Shown here one piece after another: positions 57,391-64,000 of a stretch of 64,000 nucleotides of DNA (positions within the stretch are counted from its first letter, which is position 1; each line of letters opens with the position of its first letter). Source of the DNA: Takakia lepidozioides. Its lineage: Eukaryota > Plantae > Bryophyta. The position numbers were made by a program, and so were the translations under genes. Under the pieces are notes generated by a model that was not told the origin of the DNA, did not search any database, and was given only the letters and a program-made list of their open reading frames with translations. The DNA is taken from assembly GCA_030704615.1 (NCBI GenBank), contig CM060733.1:26846001-26910000 (forward strand), written 5' to 3'.

Positions 57391-58827
57391 TTAGTCGGCA
57401 GAACTGTCTAGTGCTTCATGGAACGGAGGTGTGGAAGACCCATGAGAGAGGCGGGGCAGTGCTAGAGCATGTATGGACCTTTCTTCCACGGTGGTCCGTA
57501 GTCAGAATCGACTACCTACTGAATATTACGCGATGGAATGGGCAAGAGCCCAAACTATTTTAGGGCATCCCACTGGCAAATGCGAGGACAATTCCAGGGC
57601 TAGCGCTGTGTGGCAGTCCCGCATTGGCTTCTTGTGTAGCAGGGTGGAGGACGTGGCACCCCCAATAGCACAGACTGCATGGGGGTGTATGCATGTCCCA
57701 GTTAGGGCAGGCCCAATCCGACCAGAAACGCCCTTCGAAATGTGCAAAACCTGTCTGGTAAATGGATGTGTTTGGAAACATCTGTCCACAGAGATTCATT
57801 CTCCATCCAAGAAACTCTGCCCCATCAAGAATAAAATTAGGAAAAACAATATTTCACCGGATGGATGATCCAAAAGAGATGAAATTTGATGACTTGGACA
57901 AAGTGAGAATAGGTCATTTGAACTCCAGGCATTTGGTGAATCCAACCAGCACCTGACAAGTGGTTTCCAGTGAGAGGGCCTGAGCTGTGGGCACGTGGCG
58001 AGTGTGGGGGAGTGAGAGGTAGACACGTAACCAGAGAGAGACAACAGTGAAGCAACACACGCTGTGTTGTGTGTGTGTGAAGACTGGGGGTGCGAGAGAG
58101 GGAATGAGGGAAGAGAGAAGGAGAAACTGAAAAGAAAAGCTAACTCCCATGTTTGTGAGAGAGAGAGAGAGGGAGCAGGTACTTTGAAAGAAGAACTGCT
58201 CACTGTCGGGTTGGAGAATTTAGAAACAGACCACACAATTGAGGGGTCCTCAGCGAATTACAAGGTCATCTTGAACGCGCATGGATGCAGAGAAACACAA
58301 TTGCTATCCATAGTATTGTAAAACAGGTCCTGCTCAATTAGGACCCATGGAAACCTCGCATGCACTCCTTTGCAGACGGCCATGATGTACTCTCTCATGG
58401 TGTGCGAGTCAAGTGAGGATCTTGATATCTTCCGAGCCAATAGCCAATTTAAACACGTCTTTTTCTGTTACATACCTGCTCACACCATCAAATCTTCGGG
58501 AAGCAGCCTACGTGAAGAAGAATCTATCCCAGGCAAGAGAACATTTTACCAGGGACCAGCTAGAGTGGTCGTGCCCTTGCGGAGCTGCTAACACTGAATT
58601 GACGTTTGTTGTATTGATATTCAGTTCAGTTGGCATGTACGGGATGGCGTAACTACAATCCCTCATGCTCTGTGCTTTGAAGAAATCTGTGACCTTTATA
58701 CTTTTGGCCATAATTCGAAGAAGGCGAGATGTCAGAGTATCTTTGACACTGTTTTTCAAGAGCGCGGATCCTACCTTTCCTCACCCCAGCGGCAGGCGCG
58801 CCTTCTAGACTTCTTCGGGCCACAGAT

Positions 58828-61504
58828 ATGTCCTCACGAAGAGAGCGGGACCAGCAGTTATGTGGTCTTTGGAGTCAGGTGGTTAGGAGGTTTCAAAGAA
58901 TGGCGTTCTCCGTGTGGCTTGGTGGATTGTGCAAGACATACGGGACATCTTTCACGATTTTAGTGGCTCTAGGGTACTTCACACAGGGATTTCGCTGCTT
59001 CCCTTGGCTTCCTATGGCTTACTTTTACAAGGACACTCTCCAGGTCACCTATCTACTTGCCTGACTTATTTATCGTGCTTGCTTATTATCCGAATAGGGG
59101 CATACCGGTATATCTCATCTCCTCCGTTCCTCAATTAATCTTGAAAATGTGCTCCAACAGATTACCCACGTCATAATCTTGTCTTCCTCGCTTAGAGCTT
59201 GGATGGGCTTGTGGCAGGGTATATGTATAGAGTCTAGTTATCTAGAATTGTGTTTGCGGCCAATTGGAAAAGGTGCTCACGGGAGGCATTGTGAATGCCG
59301 AGCTTGCTGTTACCATTGCTTGTGATGGGGTGGACGCCTCCCCAATTCCTTGCTAGGCAGAGGTGCACGTAGATGGAGTCCAAGGCCGGCAAGGACCTGA
59401 TGCAATCCTGAAGAATACTAGACTCTGTGACAAGGGTTTTCATGTTGTTTTTCTCAATGAAAATTGCTTTTGCAGGTAGATCCTGGTACGATGCAGTTCC
59501 TGATGTCAAGTACAGGTCTGCCAATGGTGGCGAAACCCATTTATGGCATCATCTCCGATTCTGTGTACATTCGAGGAGCCCACCGGATCCCATACCTCAT
59601 CATTGCAGGTTGGGTTTATCTATTTCCAGAAAGCATGGTCAAACATATTTCGTTTCTTATCACACACTATGGAGCATGCATCTGTGGATGCCAAATTCTT
59701 CTGGCCACCAATTTAGGCTGAAATCTTAAATTGAGAATCAGAATTAGCAACCTGAAGGACTCCACTTTCTTAGCAATTTGACAGAGTAATACCGAAAAAA
59801 ATTCAGTGGACAGCAGGTAAATTTTAGGTTGAGCTCTGCATTTAGATAGTGTATCTTGCGACCATCCATCTGCACCTCCAAGGCTTCGTTCCCTTTTCCC
59901 CACAGCAATGCCTGTGGTAACCCCCACTGTTCATTTACTGGGTCTCTCTTTCAAATTCCCTGGACTCTTGCTGAAAAATGTTACATTTGTATTTCTGTGG
60001 TGACTGATCAATGTAACTTCCTCTCTCAATCTGCAGGGGCACTTCAGTTGTTTGCTTGGGGAACTGTAGTGGTGTATTCTGGTGCCTCTTCATCGGCGTC
60101 TATCTTGACTGCCTTTCTCACACTTAGCAACACAGGAGCTGCCATTGCTGATGTCGTGTATGATGCCATTGTGGCTGAAGCTGCGAAGAAAAAGAAAGGT
60201 GCTCGGCAAGGTGAACAAGTGATATTAGTATGCCACTGATTTCGACTGTCAGTTCTGAGTTCCAACATTTTTGCCTTGTCATTTGGCACTCGCATGGTTC
60301 TTGACATATTTCACCCTCAGAGGTGCCTGCTTTACATTTGACACTGTATGTTGAACACATGTGTGCAGGTGAGTTGCAGTCGTTTGCATGGCTAGCCATG
60401 GCCTCCGGGGGCCTGTTGGGAAACCTGATTGGGGGTTATGCTCTTAAAAGACTGAAGTTTGAAACCATGATATGTTTATACATGATTCTACTTGGTGCAC
60501 AGTTTCTTGTTTGTCTTCTCGTAAGTGAGCATTCATTTGGCATCGGTCATCGCAAGGATACAGATGACATCCAGACTACTGGTGAAACAATCAGTGGGCG
60601 AGCCTTAGAAGACAGAACACTGGTGCTTCAACAGAGTGCAAAAACAAGAAAGAAATACTCCAAATCGGGATACAGCCCAGAAGATTCTGGCTCTTCAGCA
60701 CAAAGTCTTTTGGAGCCCACGATAGAAGGATTGACTTCCAAGTCACAGTCAAGGGACCCTGCAACATTTAGACAAGCTGCACAGAATTTGGAAAGCCACA
60801 AAGGGATGGCCTCGCGCATGTCCCAGCAGGTCTTAGTGCTGGCAGAGATACTCCAAAAGCCTGAGATCCTGAAGCCTCTCTTGTGGTTTCTGTCATCCTT
60901 TGCAATAGTTCCAGGTATGGGGAGCGCCATCTTCTATTACCACACTGAGTTCTTGAGACTTGATCCATTGGTTATTGGGCTAGCAAAAGTGGTTGGTCAG
61001 ATGGGGCTCCTGGCTGGCAGTCTGCTTTACAGCAGTTCTCTCAAGCTGGTTCCACTCCGCAAAATGTTTGGGACGGTCCAAGTGCTCCTCTCTCTGTGCA
61101 TGCTTTCAGACATCTTGCTTGTTAACCGGGTCAACCTCAAGTTACATATTCCAGATGCCGTCTTCGTCCTTGGAGCATCGGCCTTTGTCGAAGCCATTGC
61201 CCAGTTCAAGTTTCTACCCTTTACGGTGTTGCTGGCACGGCTGTGTCCTCCAGGGTGTGAAGGTTCCCTCTTCGCCTTCTGCATGTCAGCAGTGTGTCTT
61301 GCTGGCTTGATGAGTGGGTACCTTGGTGTTGGGCTGGCCTCTTACCTGAAAATTTCTGCAAATTCCTTCACACAGCTGCCATTGGGCATATTCATTCAAG
61401 CTTTGTTTGCCTTGCTCCCTGTTCTTTGGATTCGATTCATCCCGGAGGACAAGATCTCCTTGGCTACCCATCATGAAGAAAGTGTACATGAAAAAGTGCT
61501 GTGA
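58828..61504 (+). CDS. Folate-biopterin transporter (BT1 family, MFS), 4 exons
   Basis: Exons ~58828/58900-59043, 59476-59608, 60037-60210, 60369-61504 with consistent phases; LGYFTQGFRCFPWL, PMVAKPIYGIISDSVYI.GAHRIPYL, ADVVYDAIVAE, GELQSFAW, LARLCPPGCEGSLFA. Confidence 0.92.
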
Positions 61505-62780
61505 AGTTCGAATCAGTGATTGCACTAACTGTGCTAAACCTACATGATTGGGAACACAAGCTAGTTCGTTGTGAAGTTTTGGTGTCTTCCAAAGGATTCT
61601 CGCAATGAAGTGTTCACGACAGGGAGGGCGTGAGAGTCGTCCCTGCATTTTGATGAGTTCTTGTGAGGGCAAGCGAGAGCGGGAACAACGACTTCTTTCC
61701 TTTCCTTTTGGGTTCTGGTGGCACCTGGAGAGTTATCCCGAGGGTTGTGGGAACTGTCACGAGTGTTTCCAGAGTATCACTACTCAACCTACTTCTCAAG
61801 CTACTTCTCGTCCACATTTTTCCTCCACTTGGAGAGCCAGTGGGCCATGATTTCTTTCAAGAAACCATTGCAAATGGAGTGTGTGGTGAGCATCATAGGA
61901 GGAAAGACAGCTTAATATTGAACAAAGGCACCTGTATGCCACTGTACAAAGATCTGTTTTTTATCAGTGAGTATGCAATGTGGAGAAGAGTCCGGTAATG
62001 CAAACTCTGGTTACACTCCATATTTTCTCATCCCCAGCCAATGGTGGGACAATCAAGGCCAGAGTCTGTTATCTTACAGAAACCTTTGCTCTTCTGGGGC
62101 TCTTTAAAAGCGTAGAAGTTACTTGCAGTTCCAAGCTCATGGTTATGTGATGTTCAATCCTCGTTGTTGCTGAAAACAACAAATGAGTCGAGAACCACTC
62201 CAACGAGATCTCCCGGCAAGTGATTCGTAATTCCGTGTTTAAACTGCAGAAAGCAACCTTTCCAGCACACGGTAATGCAAATGAAGATTTAGTATCTGTG
62301 AAGTAGCATGGAACTCCGAGTCAGTCCCCTTCGTTTGGTCTTCGTTTGGTCTTCGAACAGCAAACGAAGTTGAGTACATTACAGACAGCAACACGTATTC
62401 TAAAGCTTGGAATCAATATATACGCATGCATCTCATGAGAATCTCATTAGGTGTTCATGAGGGACTTATCTGCTAAATCCGGCAATGTCCCATGCTTTTC
62501 AGTTGCCATGTACGGTGTTCGAAGTCTGTGTCTTTGCCCAAGCAAATAATGAGCACTGTCAGACTGGGTTCCGAATGGTCTGGGGCTTACATAAAGCTCG
62601 AATTCTTGTACAAGTAAACTGCAGTGGGTTTGGACGTGTAGTATTCTCATTGAAGGCCTCTTTCTTGATTTCTTATCGTAGTCGAGGCCGTGTCATCAAG
62701 AGAGGGTGTGTCCAGTTGACAGAGTCAAGTTTGTTGAAGGCAAGAGGAAATTGCGGCATCATCTACAACAACGGGCTTGC

Positions 62781-63890
62781 CTACAGCACAGTATCCAAGC
62801 TAGGTGTAAACACCAACCCAGCAGCATGTAAGAACTTGCCATGCAGAGAGCTTGCAGGCACTTCGACTTCCTGCCAGATGTGTTGAGACAGATCATAAAC
62901 CACCATACTGAACCATGTAGAAGTGGTCAAGTTCATCTAGATTCGCCCGTTATGTGCAACACAACAATCGACAGTCATACATTCTGACGAGGCATTCAGT
63001 GCGTAAGGCAACTTTGACACCAGTATCCAACTTTCTGTTGCTGTCGGATTGAATGCATGTATGTTTATCAGTATAGTGTAGTCATGCCATTGCTTTGCCA
63101 CCATGAAAACCTTCCGCCCATCAGTAACAAGTAGTGGTAGTTGATAGCAGTTTTGAAACACATACCGAGTGTCCCCCCATTCCCCACTTCTGACATCGTA
63201 GATAATCACCTCGACTGACATGGATTCGTGGCTGAACTGACACATGCAATACAACAATCCATCACTGAAAACTCTCCCATGCATGTGATACATTCCAGTG
63301 AAGCAAAGCTGTGAAGGCGGTCTGCCAGTCTCCTTCCAAGAACATGATGCAGAATCATACACCTCTGTTCTTGTGATATCATCAAGCGCATTGTTCCATG
63401 TCTTTAACACCCGTATGACCTTAAATTGTCCTAGTATTGGATCCAGCACCAAGGTGATGAATAATCCCCTAAAATGACTGTTGAGCCCATCAGGAAGCTG
63501 TCTCCACACCTTCGTCAATGGATTCCAGATGAACACCGTTTGAGACTCCCTTAAAAAGAGACACAAGAGACCTCCTGTTGTAGCTGGACAAGATAATGCC
63601 TGATTCCCTACTTGATTGAGCAACTGAACAGGAACAGACGGCATGGCATGCCACTCATTATCTGTCAAGCTGTAAGTTATGTAATCCTTGTGATGGTAAT
63701 CCCTAGGAAACAAGAGACAACAGTGGCCCTTGGGTATCGCAGCCCAAAACCTCATAAAGTCTTCAGAGAGAACGATGGAACTATATCTCTTGCAAACTGT
63801 TAGAAAGCGGAAAAGACTTGCCAGGGGCAGCCGTGCCAACACATGATGGATCAAATCCTCAGGAAACACACCACACACTCTTTCGTCCAT
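62781..63890 (-). pseudogene. F-box / F-box-associated (kelch-like) protein with internal stop
   Basis: FPEDLIHHVLARLPLASLFRFLTVCK; ATTGGLLC, WNPLTKVWRQLP, TEVYDS. TAG at 62937-62939 is followed in frame by MNLTTSTWFSMVVYDLSQHIWQEV...FTPSLDTVL* (stop at 62781). Confidence 0.8.
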
Positions 63891-64000
63891 GCAAGCTTCA
63901 GTTATCGTGCTTCTTACTGATATTCAATCAACCTCGCTGGCTTTGATCTGGTATGATGCTATTGCCTACAAAAAGCCTAAGCCACCCCACATTATCAACC

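Noticed and set aside
57430-57960. Possible LINE remnant
   Set aside because: Only vague Trp-rich similarity, no diagnostic motif

Overview
Nuclear DNA of a land plant, probably a non-seed plant (inferred from the gene and TE families). Host genes: a PLS-class PPR editing-factor gene with an eroded DYW domain, riboflavin PyrD, a 142-aa tristetraprolin-type tandem-CCCH gene missed by the ORF track, a BT1 folate-biopterin transporter and an F-box gene with an internal stop. The TE background includes LINE fragments, a SINE family, a tandem Helitron, a Replitron-like HUH remnant, a hAT remnant and MITEs. The standout is two nested, diverged ~11-kb Mutator-like (MULE) transposons (outer 33721-56317, inner 44296-55753, each with TIRs and a TSD) that split a LINE. 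Each has a GCM-like/MULE-DDE/SWIM transposase plus, divergently, an intron-containing cargo gene fusing a ParB/Srx-type domain (WDGNHR) to a prokaryotic-type beta-class amino (N6-A/N4-C) DNA-methyltransferase-like domain. The cargo-gene introns, and the outer element's right end, carry arrays of long element-specific palindromes sharing a GTYRAC centre, reminiscent of ParB/parS loading sites. Both copies here are degraded. All domain calls are motif recognition by eye, and coordinates were counted by hand.
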